Source: a virus (Duplodnaviria > Caudoviricetes). Taken from it: a DNA stretch of 64,000 nt. Location of the stretch: IMG/VR virus record IMGVR_UViG_3300020419_001132. One strand, given 5' to 3'. Below are positions 48,001 to 58,466 of the stretch, in pieces; within the stretch, counting starts at the first letter, position 1; each line of letters opens with the position of its first letter. A program made the position numbers and the translations under genes. Under the pieces are notes generated by a model. The model had not been told where the DNA came from. It worked only from the letters and a program-made list of their open reading frames with translations, and searched no databases.

Positions 48001-51000
48001 ACATACTTGCGTTCCAAAAATTATAATCATAAACCTTTTCCAACAAAGTTGATTACTGACGGATATACCAAAGATAGTGGGTATGTAAATCCTGATGATG
48101 TAAACTTTGTATTAGGCACGTACGACAGTTTACTTAATTTAGATATTGATAAAATTAAGCGTGATGATTATGTATGGGTAGGTAATGTTAACTTTGACTG
48201 GAGTGTATATCAATATAAAAACAGTGGACACGATATTACATCAATAACTAAAGCTGACAAATCTTTTACAATTCAGTTATCTTCAATACCAGCAGATATC
48301 AAAGTAGGAGATATTGTTGGTATATTGGAAGTTACCAATGTTACTTACAATCCAGAGGATAGTACGCAACAGGCAACTTTTGCAGAATCAACTGCAAAAG
48401 GATTTTATAAAGTTAAAAATATTACTCTAGATAAGATTGAATTTGACTCAGATAGCCCACCAAGTGATTTTGAAAATGCATCTGGAATATTAACAAAGTT
48501 TGAATCTGTCAGAGCAAGTAACTTAGATACTGCAAATGTTGTCGCCCAAAAAGGTATGGAAAATGGCTTCAAAATTTGGGTAGATAATGATGGTGTTGGT
48601 AAATGGACAGTAATAGAACGTACTTCAAATTTTTCTAAGTCAACAACTATAGCTAATCCAGAAGGTGTAACTAATGATAGCAGTATTACAAATTTTGCAG
48701 AGTCCTTTAGTGTAGATGAGAGAAACTGCCTATTAGCTGTTGGAGCACCTAATGATGAAGATGGAAAAGTATACGTATACAGAAGACCAAGTGAATCTGT
48801 TAATTGGGAATTATTGCAAGTACTGGAACCTATCACACTTTATGCATCTACACAAAGATTTGGTAGCTCAGTAAAGGTATCTGCAGACGGAAAGTATGTA
48901 ATAGTTGGTGCACCTAATGCATCAAATGTAAAGACTACTTTCAAAGGAACATATAACCAACCTACTGATTATTCTGCAGGTGACATTGTAACTTACCAAA
49001 ACAGTTATTGGTCAGCTGATACTGCTATACAGGGCAGTGAAAGTAATATTACTTTTAATAGTTTTGGAAATTATGATCAAATAGTTTATGATTTAAACCT
49101 TGATGAAGAAAGACCTGAAGAATTAGACTTGTTACTAGCAGGTAATTATCCTTTTACAGGTATTAATGCTGATCACTTTTTAGTTAGAGCTCCAAAAGAT
49201 ATTTATGAGGGGATAGGTGTTACTGACGAAGTGTTCTTACATTGGAATAAATTAACAAATGCTAATCAAACACAAACCACATTAACAGATAGACAACCGT
49301 TTGATGGTACTATACCATATTTAAATAAATCCTACTTAGAGAGTAATCATACAGTTTCAGCTAAAATTGATGCTATATTATATGTTTCTCAGGTTACTAA
49401 TATACCAACTATAGGACAGCAAGTAACCACACAGGATGCAAGTGGAATCGTTGCATATACATATCAAGCTGGCGGAGCTGTTACAATTTATGTAAACAAC
49501 GTTACAGGTACTTTACCAGATAGTAATAGTTTGTTTATTGCAAACAACGACTTTGTTGGAGAATATACATTATCAGGACCTAGTGATTTAACATTTACTG
49601 CTACTGCACAGCTAGGTGGTTATTTGATGATAAACACAAATCAATATGCAATAGGCACAACAAATGTAGACAGTGGTAGAGGACTTGTTATAAAAGATAT
49701 AATACCAGATAGTGTAGCTAGTAACAGGTATTATTATAATTCTTTAGACTATGATACAGCAGTAGTTGATAGCGAAAATACAAATCATAGTTTTGTTTCA
49801 ATTACCAGTTTCACAGGATCACCAGGTCCTAATGGAACAACTGGTGATTTCAATTCTCCTTATTGGGTTATGAGAGCACCAAAACCTCTAACTGATACAA
49901 TCTCCCCAGGAAGCCAGTTAGAAACATATTTTAGTAGGCTTAAAAGAACAGTGACTACTTTAACTGTCAATCAAAACACATCAGTAGTCAAGGGAGAAGT
50001 AATTACCCAGGATAATACAAATGCTACTGCTACAGTTTTTGAAAGTGTTACATTAGGTACACAAATCAAAGTTGAAAACGTAAGTGGTAGCTTTACTACG
50101 ATAGATTTCCTTTCAGGATCTCAGAGCGGACCTTTACTAGTCAGACCAAATAGTAACCCAGCTGTAGGAACACTTGTACAACCAAGTGATATAAATTTAA
50201 GTTTTGCAATTACAAATAAAACACAAACAGTATTTGATATTTGGGACGGATACATTGTTTACAAGAATTTATTTTTCTTAGACGGTGAACCTTTTGAGCC
50301 TATGGCTAGATATAGACTAAACGGAGGAGTTTGGACAGATTTCGGCACAGGACAAACAGTTGAAGATGTAACAACAGGCGCAACTGGTGAAGTAATGTTT
50401 TACGAAAGAAATTTTAACGATGTAAAAATATATGTAAAAAATGTTACTGGCTCATGGAGTAAAGGTGACTTGTTTGGGGACAATGCAGAAATAAGGATGA
50501 AAGCATTTCCAAGTGGTCCTGATCCTGATCCGTTTGGTAGGGTAGCCATTTATACTGTTGACAGAATAATGGGACAGACACAAAAAACATCATTAGGATA
50601 TGCACCTGGTAATATTGGCAAATTACTTGTGTTTGATGCAAAAACTAATGTAGCTATTCCTACATCACAAGAAATTAATAACATAGAATATTGGATGTAT
50701 ACAACAGGTACTGTTAATGGAATACCAAGAGTAGCAAATGTGCCTAATAGTAGTAATTTAGATTGGACAGAAGTTTTTAAAGTTACAGCAACTACTACAG
50801 GAGGGCAAAGCTCACATACTAATGAAGGATTAGTTTATCTTTATGAAAAGTTTGGAGAACAATATTTAGAACAGTCAGCGATTGTTTCGCCCCAAAGAAA
50901 AGGTAATCATTACTTTGGAAGCAATGTGTCTCTTACAAAACAAGGAGATATTTATAGAGCATTTATTGCGGCTTATGATGAGGAAACAACCACTTATCCT

Positions 51001-54000
51001 GGAAAGATATATTTCCTTAAGAATGGTACTGAAAATAATAATAGTTATAATTGGGAATATGCTAAGAATAAAAAGTTTAGAGGTGAATTTTCATCAGTAC
51101 AAGATTATGTAACAGGAGATATTGTATACTTAAATGATCCTCAAGGTACATTATACACAGCAAAAACAAATATAACTGCCGGAGTGTTTGATGCACTACA
51201 ATGGTCATCAGTAGATGACCTAATTGACTATGTTGGTTTTATCCCTAATGATACAGGATTAAAAGTAGTAAATGACAGTTCTTTAGATAGCGTTATAGAT
51301 ACTAATGAAATGTATGACTTTGGTTCAGAGTTTGATACTAGTTCTGATGGCGAAGTATTAATATCAACAGTTAAGTATACTACTAAACCTAATATTGTAG
51401 CAGTTTACAGAAATAAAAGAGGTCATTACGGATGGAGTCAAGACATACCGGCTCCAACCACAGGAAGTATGTTTGGTAATGGTATAGCAATTAGTAATGA
51501 TGGTATGTATATTGCTATAGGAGATCCTAAAGACGATACTGTAAAAAATGATCAAGGAAGAGTTTATATTTACAAACAAGTTAGTGGATCCTTTTCTTTA
51601 CATCAAACACTTGAAAGTCCAGGAAACGAATTAGCTGAGTACTTTGGTAATAAAGTAGGTTTTGATGGAACTAGATTAGTAGTAAATGCAAGAAACGCAG
51701 ATAATTTTAACACAACAACATTTGATACAAATACACTTACTTTTGATAAAGAATTTACAAAATTTAGATATGAGTCACACGAAGGTGGAACAATTTATGT
51801 CTACGAACAAATAAAAGATTATCTAGTTTATGGACATAGCTTAAGACATGAAACAGGTATAGATCCAGAAACAGGACAATCTCTAGGACCTGTATATTAC
51901 TTTGGTAGAAAATTATTATTAAAAAATAATCACATTTATGTAGGACTTCCTAATGTTCCTGATAACACAACCACTGTAGGCACATTGTTAGATTACAGGG
52001 TACCTAATAAAGTGTTTACAGAAATTAGATCCGCAAAAGATACAGTAAATTTAAGTAAAATTAAAAGAGTCCTTTTATATAATACTAAAACAAAGAAAAT
52101 TGTAAAATATTTAGATTACATTGATCCTATACAAGGAAAAATTGCAGGAACTGCAGAAGAAAATATTAGCTTCAAATTATATTATGATCCAGCTGTATAT
52201 ACAAACGGAACAGCCACTACAGTGATCGATCAACAAAATCCGTGGACTACTACACATGTAGGTGAACTTTGGTGGGACCTTTCTAATGCAAAATTCTATA
52301 ATGCCTATCAGGGCGACGTAACTTTTAGTACAAATAACTGGAACAAATTGTTTACGACAAACACAATAGACATTTACGAATGGATTGAAACACAATACAC
52401 TCCTGCAGAATGGGATACACTTGCAGATACAGATGACGGATTGTCACAAGGAATATCAGGTAAGTCTAAATATGGTGCTGATGTATACACAATATCAAAG
52501 CAATACGACGAAATATCGCAATCTTTTTCTAACAAATATTATTTTTGGGTAAAAGATAAAAAAGTAAAACCAGATATCGAAGGTAGAACATTAAAAGCTA
52601 CCGATGTTGCTAATTTAATTTCAGACCCAGCAAGTAATGCTTATCAATTCGCGGCGCTTTTTAGCAATGATAGTTTTGCAATATATAATTGTGATAAACT
52701 ATTAGAAGACAAAAATATTGCAATAGGCATACAGTATTGGACAATAGATAATCAAACTCTAAATATCCATAATCAATATCAAATTATTACAGATGGATTA
52801 GAAACAAGTAAGCCTAATAGAGATATTGAAGCTAAGTGGATAGATAGTTTGGTTGGTTATGATTTGTATGGCAGAATAATTCCTGATCCAACATTAAGTG
52901 AAAAAGAAAAGTATGGTAATCTAAATACTCCAAGACAAAGCTGGTTTGTAAATAGGTTAGAAGCACTAAAACAATATTTTGAAAGAGTAAATGGTGTTTT
53001 AGCAAAAGAGTTGATTGTTGATAGTAAAGATTTATCAAACCTAAACAAAAAGGAAGCGTTTCCATCAGCAGTTACAAATTTGTATGATAAGTCAGTAGCA
53101 ACAGTAGCTGAATTAAATTTATTAGGTGTTGCAAAAGCAAAACAAGCAACAATGACAGTTTCAGTCAAAGACGGAAAGATAGATACAGCTACTATACTTG
53201 ATCCAGGAAGAGGATATAACGTAACTCCTACAGTGGTAATTTCCGGAACTGGATCTGATGCAGAATTTAAATTTACAATTAACACAGTAGGATCTATTAC
53301 TAATGTTGAAATAGTAAATGCAGGAAAAAATTACGGTGATACTACAAGTGTTGAAATTAGAAAATATACTGTTTTAGTTACTGCTGATGAAACTATTAGT
53401 GGTAAATGGTCAATTTACGAAAGAAATACAACTTCTAATACATGGGATAGAATTAGAAGTCAGGCATATAACACAACTTTATTTTGGGATTACAAAGATT
53501 GGTACAAATCAACTTACGGTCCTTTCACACCAATAAGCCATGTCATTGATTATGCATACCAACTAGACGCATTAGATGATGTGCTAGATGAAGTTGTAAG
53601 GATTAATAATATAGGATCTGGAGGTTGGCTACTTTTACGTAAGATCGGAAATACAATCGGAGCAGATTATACTGTAAATTATGAAACAATTGGTAGACAG
53701 AATGGCACAATAGCATTTGAAAGAACGTTATATGATACGTCAACGTCGTTCGATGGATTTGATGAAATAAGCTATGATACAAAGTTCTATGATAGTTTAC
53801 CAAGTACAGAAACTAGAATAATTACCGATGCAATAAAGAAAGATTTATTCATTGAAGATCTTGAATTAGAATATAACCGGTTGTTCTTTGCATCTTTAAG
53901 ATATGTTTTATCTGAACAACAATATGTAGATTGGATATTTAAAACTAGCTTTATAAAAGCAAAACATAATGCAGGATCATTAAGAAAAGATCTAACATTT

Positions 54001-57000
54001 AATAATGATAATCTTCCTAGTTATCAAAGCTACATAGACGAAGTAAAACCCTTTAAAACAAAGTTAAGGGAATATGTAAGTAGTTATGAAAGTTTAGAAA
54101 ACGCCAATAACTTAATTTCAGACTTTGATTTACCTCCAGCCTGGAACGATGATACTAAACAGATTGAACCTTCTAGTGCAAAAATTATAGATGGTGTACT
54201 AACAGGAGCAGAATCAAGAACAGATGTTTATCCTGCAAAAAACTGGAAGGACAATTTAGGTTTTATTGTAAAAGAAATTTTAATTAAAGATGGTGGCTCA
54301 GGATATACATCACCTCCTGTCATAACAATAACTGGTGGGGGCGGATCCGGAGCAAAAGCAATAACAAAATTAGGTTTAGGAGGAAAAGTTACTGCTGTTG
54401 AAGTTACAAATAATGGAACAGGATATCTATCTACTCCTACATTAAGTTTAAATGGTTCTACGTCAGACGGAGGTAAAGATGCTACTCTTAGTTTAGTAAT
54501 AGGACAGTCTTTAGCTAGGTCAATGCACACTATTGTAAAATTAGATAGAACAACAGGAATTTATTTAATAACAAACTTAGCTGAATCTGAAACATATACC
54601 GGCACAGGATCAAAGTATGTATTTGATCTACCTTGGCCGATGGATATGAAAAATACAAATGTAACTGTAAGTGTTGCTAATACAGAACTTTTAAAAAGTG
54701 AATATACTTATGAAAATATTTTAGACGTTTCAAAAGGTTATGATAGATATTTTGGAAGAATAACTTTAACACAACCTGCTGTTAATAGCAGTAGTGTCGT
54801 TGTTACTTACAAAAAAGATATAAGTTTACTCCAAGCACAAGATAGAATAAATCTTGTTTATGATCCAAAGACAGGGCAGTATGCAAAAGATCTTTCTCAG
54901 TTAATGGACGGGATAGATTATGGAGGAGTAGAAGTAAAGAGTTTTGATTTCGGAGGACCGAGTGGATGGGATAGTGCTCCTTGGTATACAGGGTCATTTG
55001 ATACTTATGATACAACATTCGAAGATGAAACAATTACTGTTGATGGATCTAGTACTACAATTACTCTAAGCAAGGCATTAGAAAATGGAGTTTTATATAA
55101 TTTGTATAAAAACGGAGTTAGATTAGACGACCCTGATTGGGTAGGAGATTCGACTCAATTTACAAATCCTAATGCAATTATGAGAAGTATAACAGGAGAC
55201 GGAACAACTAATACAATTTATTTGCAGGATTTAGGTGTATCAGTAGTTGCTGATGATATTATAACTATAAGGAAAACAACAAGCGACGGAAGTTTCTTAC
55301 CAACTGATATAAGCTATGACACACAAATCACAGGTGGAGATTTAGCATATACTACTGCAAAAGGATTGAATCCTGAGGACATTGACTTAGACGGTGATGG
55401 ATTTACAACGCCTACTAATTCTAAAGGACCAGAGGAGCTGGTTCCAGGATGGGTTCAAGACACTCTCGACATAAAAATATATGAAAGACCTACAACAGGT
55501 GCAAGTCAAGTTATAAGTAGAAACTACACAGGTGATGGAACAACAAAAATATTTTCTATAGGAACTAAGCCTGTAACTGAAAGTGCATTACTTGTAAAAG
55601 TTAATAATATATTGAAAAAGATCACAACAGATTACACAATAAACTATGCTACAGGAAATGTAGAGTTTGTAACAGCACCTACAACAAATCATAAAATTAA
55701 TTTTGTATCTTTAGAATATAGTGGAGCAAAGATTTTAGATATTGATGAATTTATAGGTGATGGATCTACAGTAGAATTTTTAACTAATATTAGATATACC
55801 GAAAACATGTCTAGTTTAGTTACAATAGATGGTAAGAAAGTAGAGCATGTTTTAATAAAAAGTACATCTTCTTATATAGTTCCTAACAATGTTGTTATTA
55901 ATTTTGCTGAACCTCCTAAAATGGATGCTGTGGTTAGATTTGCAATCTTTGAAGGAATAGTACAAAATTTTAGTAATGTAACTATTGATAATCTTGAACA
56001 CGATGGAAGTTCTACATCGTATCAACTTACACAAACTCCGTTTACTGAAACTCCACATGAATGGTTTACAATAGTACAATTAAATAATCAAATTTTAAAT
56101 TCAGGTTATAGCGAATCATTTACAGTATCAGCAACTAGAGAATATAGGATGAGATTATATCAAACTCCAACAGCTTCTTTACGTAATGATCAATTGAGAG
56201 TATACCTAAATGGACAAGAAATTCATTTTCCTACAGACTGGACGTTTAGTGCGGCAGATGCATTTGATCCACTAAAGCCTTTAGATCAACAACTTGGAAG
56301 TACTATTTTATTAAATGATAGTGTAGGGGTAGCAGGTGACTCGCTAAGGGTTTACGTAACAGGATGGGACGATAGCACCATGTCCGGCGGTGATTATAGA
56401 TTTGGATATTTTGACTCAGCAGGTGATTTTGTAAGCACTCCTGGACAGCTACATTTAAGTCCTAATGTTGCAGTAGGTGATAAGATAACAGTATACCAAT
56501 TTAGTAATCATGACAGCCAAGGAATTGATAGGCAAAGTTTTGATGTCAAAGAAAGAACGTTGCTTTCTTCAGGAACACAATCAGGATCACAGACATATCA
56601 ATTAGACGGAAGCACATCTGAACTTACTTTAAGCACAGCATTAGAACCTGACTTTAGCTATTCCGTATTTTTAAATAATGTAAGGTTAGATGATCCTAAT
56701 TTTGGAACAGGAAATCCTGTTAGTAATGTAAATGCAATTATGAAAACAATAACACCGTTGGCAACTACTAATGTTATACAACTTCAAAATTTAGGAATAA
56801 ACACCAATGTTGGCGATATTCTAAAAATTGTTGAATTGAATGCCGCTATTGTTCCAGATGCAAGTACTCCTGACTGGTATGAATTGCGTAATTTAAGGAA
56901 CGGTTATGTTCCGTTAAATAGTCCTGCTGTAGATGATCAGTATGTTTGGGTAATTAAAAATGGTGTAATGTTAGATCCGTCAGTTGATTATTTTGTAACC

Positions 57001-57828
57001 ACTGACAAGACAAGAGTAAAAGTTATTGGTGGGTTGGCTGAAGATGACAATATTCAAACCATACATTTTAGCAACACACAGTTAAGAAATAAATTTGGAT
57101 GGAGACAATTTAAAGATATTCTAAATAGAACACATTATAAAGTTCTAGATGGAACAAAGAATATTAAATTAGTAAAAGACCTAAAATGGTATGATAAAGA
57201 TATTCAGTTAGAAAATTACGAAAGTCTACCGCAACCTAATATTAATACAAAAAATCCTGGAGTAATTTTTATAGATGGTGAAAGGATTGAATATTTTATC
57301 AAAGACGGAAACAAGTTAAAACAGCTTAGACGAGGAACAATGGGTACTGGAGTTAAAGATAACTATACAACAGGAACTGAAGTGTATAATCAGTCTGCAA
57401 CTTCAACATTACCTTATAGAGATGAAACATATAGCACAGTATTCACAGCAGATGGTACATCTAAGGTATACGTTTTAGACTTTACTCCGTCTAGTACTAA
57501 TGAATTTGAAGTATTTGTTGCTGGAAAAAGACTACGTAAAACTACTCTTGCTTCGTATGAAATGAATACTGCAAATAGAACGGCATATGCTACAGCATCT
57601 CAAGATATTGCACAAGATTCTCCGGAAGGAGATGTAACTTTACCCGCAGAATTTAGCTTACAGAACACCAATGAGCTTGTTTTGCTGAATGTACCTTCAG
57701 AAAATCAGAAAGTGATTGTAGTCAGACGTATAGGTAAGACATGGACGAACTCGGGTAAAACTTTAAGTAACAGCGATAGTGATATTGCAAGATTCTTGAG
57801 ATCTACACAGGTAGACTTGCCAAGATAA
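42046..57828 (+). CDS. Giant baseplate/virion structural protein (5260 aa; gp7-position)
   Basis: Follows gp6. N-terminal LP..F.T..N.KFL..T.D, FG-GAP-like blades, W-Y-GD sugar-binding-type repeats and ITGGGGSGA.A repeats. Confidence 0.8.
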   Translation: MAFENNQQEPSLPAGDKNYKRKSANHLPKYFRTEFNNKFLNATLDQMLQPGVAEKLNVFYGRKNATAFSSTDNYVGDVNPERENYQLEPASVIKDDLGNVDFYADYNDYINKLTTLSGATSNHSSINAQEYYAWNPHIDWDKFVNFREYYWLPTGPDSVNVYGQSKAIQSTYTVGLRIVNGDPTYLLTPDGLTNNPSLTLYRGQTYIFDVNAPSYPIAFATQRSYTPGRLPTDGQQNTSLIYDTGVTKVDADGNATTETWLDEGTITFTVPDTAPDTLYYVSKGDANVAGTIKVNDIIENTEIDIDKEIIGKKTYKTGGGWDFSNGMKVQFVGNVTPAKYATGEWYVEGVGEAIQLIKQEDLAVSGLFTQDIEVAFDAQEFDFYPFSEALGFPKNKDYIIINRGSKDGNLWSRYNRWFHKDVIEKTATLNGQVSNVDQSTRASRPIIEFNKGLKLYNFGTESKENINLIDTKTVDAFSYIEGTTGYNIDGVDLTEGMRVLFTADTDTLVNGRIFKVKFIKINNSTQISLIEETDSTPQENETVLVTQGNINRGKYFYYDGTSWKAGQDKTSVNQQPMFDMFNSSDKGFADSTAYESSLFTGNKVFSYTVGTGTNDTELGFPLSYRSITNSGDILFSFNLLNETFTYTLNNALYKKSASTGFLRKYEDRTTYVLQNGWQKADKDSTQNVIRQYIATADQTVFALDMYDNILFINDVWLRVFVNNTLQVIDQDFTITSDANGSSFITFVKKLKANDNVIIKTRSKYEKNENGYYEIASNLEKNPLNNDINQFTLGEVNDHLRTIVEESNEFSGAYPGVSNLRDIGGLTKLGKKFLKHSSPINFSLYHLLDNNANIIKAISSARLDYSKFKRLFLETADTLGYEGPVREHVDKIIAEVNKDKVNSMPYYFSDMIPQGGTVVNSTTIEDTDQKFFALSAVFSMSTPSTKAVQIYKNGLQLTHGVDYTFNTDGFAVITCTKQLNDVIDIIEYTDTNGSYVAPTPTKLGLYPSFVPEIYIDTTVQSTPPAIATGAYKLYGIAGPDQNGAGKLGWYYPLYTTLAEAQTRDTELGGSGQAHVHTFTGLNRPFYMPNTGAGHGLQDTTQYEEWVEGSVVIQGHDGSKTVAYKDFRDNLLLELERRIFNNLKVAYDKSIFDINDYQSGLNRSTGITKVYQDNALIAEFLSWSRLVDLEYSKHTYYDRQNRFTFNYSRTNYPNNTSLPGWWRQAFIYAFDTDRPHTHPWEMLGFSIKPTWWETQYGKAPYTRNNLLLWEDLEGGIIRQPSYTIDKKYIRPGLTTHIPVDQDGNLLSPNDCGLALNLNIADASGPFNFGDGGPVESAWRRSSEFPFALIRSFILNKPSKAFATGFDRIRQKRNLADQIIYGDTEKQVQLSTLVFPTTVDDTTQVFTSGFINYIYDYQFNLSRENIDVYKNNLSRLRNQIGFKIGGFTDKNKFKLILDSRTPLNEGNVFVPNENYSIFLNSSFPTKEISYSGVIVEKFAEGYYVKGYDNQNPTFKYYPVLPKQADPAINVGGVSEPFVTWSANKTYAVGTIVKSGSDYYRSKETHTSGTDFDLDKFVAIPELPVTGGRSAYLRRSFSDQISILNYGTLFTTIQDVVDFLLGYGNYLERIGFSFSSFRNETYEVSDWQTSVREFLYWTTQNWGEGTVLSLSPGAGKINFKSEYATSDNVLEPFYGYSIFKADGKVLEPTNLKFSKDTENNFSVRTINTEDGIYSIKIPLVVKEHVVLIDNTTVFGDIIYDVEPGYRQERIKVLGYRTGDWNGSLNIPGFIYDDAKVTLWEAWKDYSIGDLVKYKEFYYTAKNKVAGNSTFVNEQWVRLDEQPEAGLYANFDYKVNQFADFYDLDSDNFDSEQQKLAQHLIGYQKRKYLENIVNDDVSQYKFYQGFIQDKGTKNALTKLFDALSSADKDSLEFYEEWGIKDGQYGASDGFEEVEYLLDESKFRLSPQPILLTNTVTGKETDLIYRIQDYETYLRSKNYNHKPFPTKLITDGYTKDSGYVNPDDVNFVLGTYDSLLNLDIDKIKRDDYVWVGNVNFDWSVYQYKNSGHDITSITKADKSFTIQLSSIPADIKVGDIVGILEVTNVTYNPEDSTQQATFAESTAKGFYKVKNITLDKIEFDSDSPPSDFENASGILTKFESVRASNLDTANVVAQKGMENGFKIWVDNDGVGKWTVIERTSNFSKSTTIANPEGVTNDSSITNFAESFSVDERNCLLAVGAPNDEDGKVYVYRRPSESVNWELLQVLEPITLYASTQRFGSSVKVSADGKYVIVGAPNASNVKTTFKGTYNQPTDYSAGDIVTYQNSYWSADTAIQGSESNITFNSFGNYDQIVYDLNLDEERPEELDLLLAGNYPFTGINADHFLVRAPKDIYEGIGVTDEVFLHWNKLTNANQTQTTLTDRQPFDGTIPYLNKSYLESNHTVSAKIDAILYVSQVTNIPTIGQQVTTQDASGIVAYTYQAGGAVTIYVNNVTGTLPDSNSLFIANNDFVGEYTLSGPSDLTFTATAQLGGYLMINTNQYAIGTTNVDSGRGLVIKDIIPDSVASNRYYYNSLDYDTAVVDSENTNHSFVSITSFTGSPGPNGTTGDFNSPYWVMRAPKPLTDTISPGSQLETYFSRLKRTVTTLTVNQNTSVVKGEVITQDNTNATATVFESVTLGTQIKVENVSGSFTTIDFLSGSQSGPLLVRPNSNPAVGTLVQPSDINLSFAITNKTQTVFDIWDGYIVYKNLFFLDGEPFEPMARYRLNGGVWTDFGTGQTVEDVTTGATGEVMFYERNFNDVKIYVKNVTGSWSKGDLFGDNAEIRMKAFPSGPDPDPFGRVAIYTVDRIMGQTQKTSLGYAPGNIGKLLVFDAKTNVAIPTSQEINNIEYWMYTTGTVNGIPRVANVPNSSNLDWTEVFKVTATTTGGQSSHTNEGLVYLYEKFGEQYLEQSAIVSPQRKGNHYFGSNVSLTKQGDIYRAFIAAYDEETTTYPGKIYFLKNGTENNNSYNWEYAKNKKFRGEFSSVQDYVTGDIVYLNDPQGTLYTAKTNITAGVFDALQWSSVDDLIDYVGFIPNDTGLKVVNDSSLDSVIDTNEMYDFGSEFDTSSDGEVLISTVKYTTKPNIVAVYRNKRGHYGWSQDIPAPTTGSMFGNGIAISNDGMYIAIGDPKDDTVKNDQGRVYIYKQVSGSFSLHQTLESPGNELAEYFGNKVGFDGTRLVVNARNADNFNTTTFDTNTLTFDKEFTKFRYESHEGGTIYVYEQIKDYLVYGHSLRHETGIDPETGQSLGPVYYFGRKLLLKNNHIYVGLPNVPDNTTTVGTLLDYRVPNKVFTEIRSAKDTVNLSKIKRVLLYNTKTKKIVKYLDYIDPIQGKIAGTAEENISFKLYYDPAVYTNGTATTVIDQQNPWTTTHVGELWWDLSNAKFYNAYQGDVTFSTNNWNKLFTTNTIDIYEWIETQYTPAEWDTLADTDDGLSQGISGKSKYGADVYTISKQYDEISQSFSNKYYFWVKDKKVKPDIEGRTLKATDVANLISDPASNAYQFAALFSNDSFAIYNCDKLLEDKNIAIGIQYWTIDNQTLNIHNQYQIITDGLETSKPNRDIEAKWIDSLVGYDLYGRIIPDPTLSEKEKYGNLNTPRQSWFVNRLEALKQYFERVNGVLAKELIVDSKDLSNLNKKEAFPSAVTNLYDKSVATVAELNLLGVAKAKQATMTVSVKDGKIDTATILDPGRGYNVTPTVVISGTGSDAEFKFTINTVGSITNVEIVNAGKNYGDTTSVEIRKYTVLVTADETISGKWSIYERNTTSNTWDRIRSQAYNTTLFWDYKDWYKSTYGPFTPISHVIDYAYQLDALDDVLDEVVRINNIGSGGWLLLRKIGNTIGADYTVNYETIGRQNGTIAFERTLYDTSTSFDGFDEISYDTKFYDSLPSTETRIITDAIKKDLFIEDLELEYNRLFFASLRYVLSEQQYVDWIFKTSFIKAKHNAGSLRKDLTFNNDNLPSYQSYIDEVKPFKTKLREYVSSYESLENANNLISDFDLPPAWNDDTKQIEPSSAKIIDGVLTGAESRTDVYPAKNWKDNLGFIVKEILIKDGGSGYTSPPVITITGGGGSGAKAITKLGLGGKVTAVEVTNNGTGYLSTPTLSLNGSTSDGGKDATLSLVIGQSLARSMHTIVKLDRTTGIYLITNLAESETYTGTGSKYVFDLPWPMDMKNTNVTVSVANTELLKSEYTYENILDVSKGYDRYFGRITLTQPAVNSSSVVVTYKKDISLLQAQDRINLVYDPKTGQYAKDLSQLMDGIDYGGVEVKSFDFGGPSGWDSAPWYTGSFDTYDTTFEDETITVDGSSTTITLSKALENGVLYNLYKNGVRLDDPDWVGDSTQFTNPNAIMRSITGDGTTNTIYLQDLGVSVVADDIITIRKTTSDGSFLPTDISYDTQITGGDLAYTTAKGLNPEDIDLDGDGFTTPTNSKGPEELVPGWVQDTLDIKIYERPTTGASQVISRNYTGDGTTKIFSIGTKPVTESALLVKVNNILKKITTDYTINYATGNVEFVTAPTTNHKINFVSLEYSGAKILDIDEFIGDGSTVEFLTNIRYTENMSSLVTIDGKKVEHVLIKSTSSYIVPNNVVINFAEPPKMDAVVRFAIFEGIVQNFSNVTIDNLEHDGSSTSYQLTQTPFTETPHEWFTIVQLNNQILNSGYSESFTVSATREYRMRLYQTPTASLRNDQLRVYLNGQEIHFPTDWTFSAADAFDPLKPLDQQLGSTILLNDSVGVAGDSLRVYVTGWDDSTMSGGDYRFGYFDSAGDFVSTPGQLHLSPNVAVGDKITVYQFSNHDSQGIDRQSFDVKERTLLSSGTQSGSQTYQLDGSTSELTLSTALEPDFSYSVFLNNVRLDDPNFGTGNPVSNVNAIMKTITPLATTNVIQLQNLGINTNVGDILKIVELNAAIVPDASTPDWYELRNLRNGYVPLNSPAVDDQYVWVIKNGVMLDPSVDYFVTTDKTRVKVIGGLAEDDNIQTIHFSNTQLRNKFGWRQFKDILNRTHYKVLDGTKNIKLVKDLKWYDKDIQLENYESLPQPNINTKNPGVIFIDGERIEYFIKDGNKLKQLRRGTMGTGVKDNYTTGTEVYNQSATSTLPYRDETYSTVFTADGTSKVYVLDFTPSSTNEFEVFVAGKRLRKTTLASYEMNTANRTAYATASQDIAQDSPEGDVTLPAEFSLQNTNELVLLNVPSENQKVIVVRRIGKTWTNSGKTLSNSDSDIARFLRSTQVDLPR

Positions 57829-57831
57829 ATA
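57825..57831 (+). promoter_or_regulatory. Late promoter overlapping the stop codon
   Basis: GATAAATA; its TAA is the stop of the giant ORF. Confidence 0.6.
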
Positions 57832-57848
57832 ACACAGTAGGATAAAAA

Positions 57849-58463
57849 ATGATAGATGTATTAAAAGAAAAAAACGGAATACTTGTTGAAGGGCATATAA
57901 AGATATTTGACCCTGAAAGTGATCACGTATACGTAAATAAAAGAAATGCTATTCATTATGAAAACATGAGTATTGCGTTAGCTAAAAGTTTGTCTAATGC
58001 AGGTGAAGGTTGGATATATGAAATGAGTTTTGGTAATGGCGGTACTAGTGTTGATCCTACAGGTATTATTACATATTTGACCCCAAACAGCACAGGAACA
58101 AATGCAAGTTTATATAACCAAACATATACTAAAGTTGTAGATGACAGAAGTATTAATAATTTAGACCCTGTGAGAAATAAGATAGAAACACGACATGTAA
58201 GCGGAACAAATTATACAGATGTGCTTGTTACTTGTTTGTTAGATTACGGAGAGCCGTCAGGACAAGATGCATTTGATACAGCAACTAATGCTTCAAGTTT
58301 ATATGTGTTTGACGAACTAGGATTAAAAGGTTGGGATTCCACAGGAACTGGAGATTTACTGACACATGTTATTTTTCATCCTGTACAAAAAAGTTTAAAC
58401 AGACTAATTCAAATTGACTATACTGTAAGAGTACAGAGTTTGTCTGGCTTAGCTGAGGAATAA
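57849..58463 (+). CDS. Baseplate/fibre-attachment structural protein (204 aa)
   Basis: Between the giant protein and the fibres; FDELGL and THVIFHPVQKS.NR motifs. Confidence 0.7.
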   Translation: MIDVLKEKNGILVEGHIKIFDPESDHVYVNKRNAIHYENMSIALAKSLSNAGEGWIYEMSFGNGGTSVDPTGIITYLTPNSTGTNASLYNQTYTKVVDDRSINNLDPVRNKIETRHVSGTNYTDVLVTCLLDYGEPSGQDAFDTATNASSLYVFDELGLKGWDSTGTGDLLTHVIFHPVQKSLNRLIQIDYTVRVQSLSGLAEE

Positions 58464-58466
58464 TAA

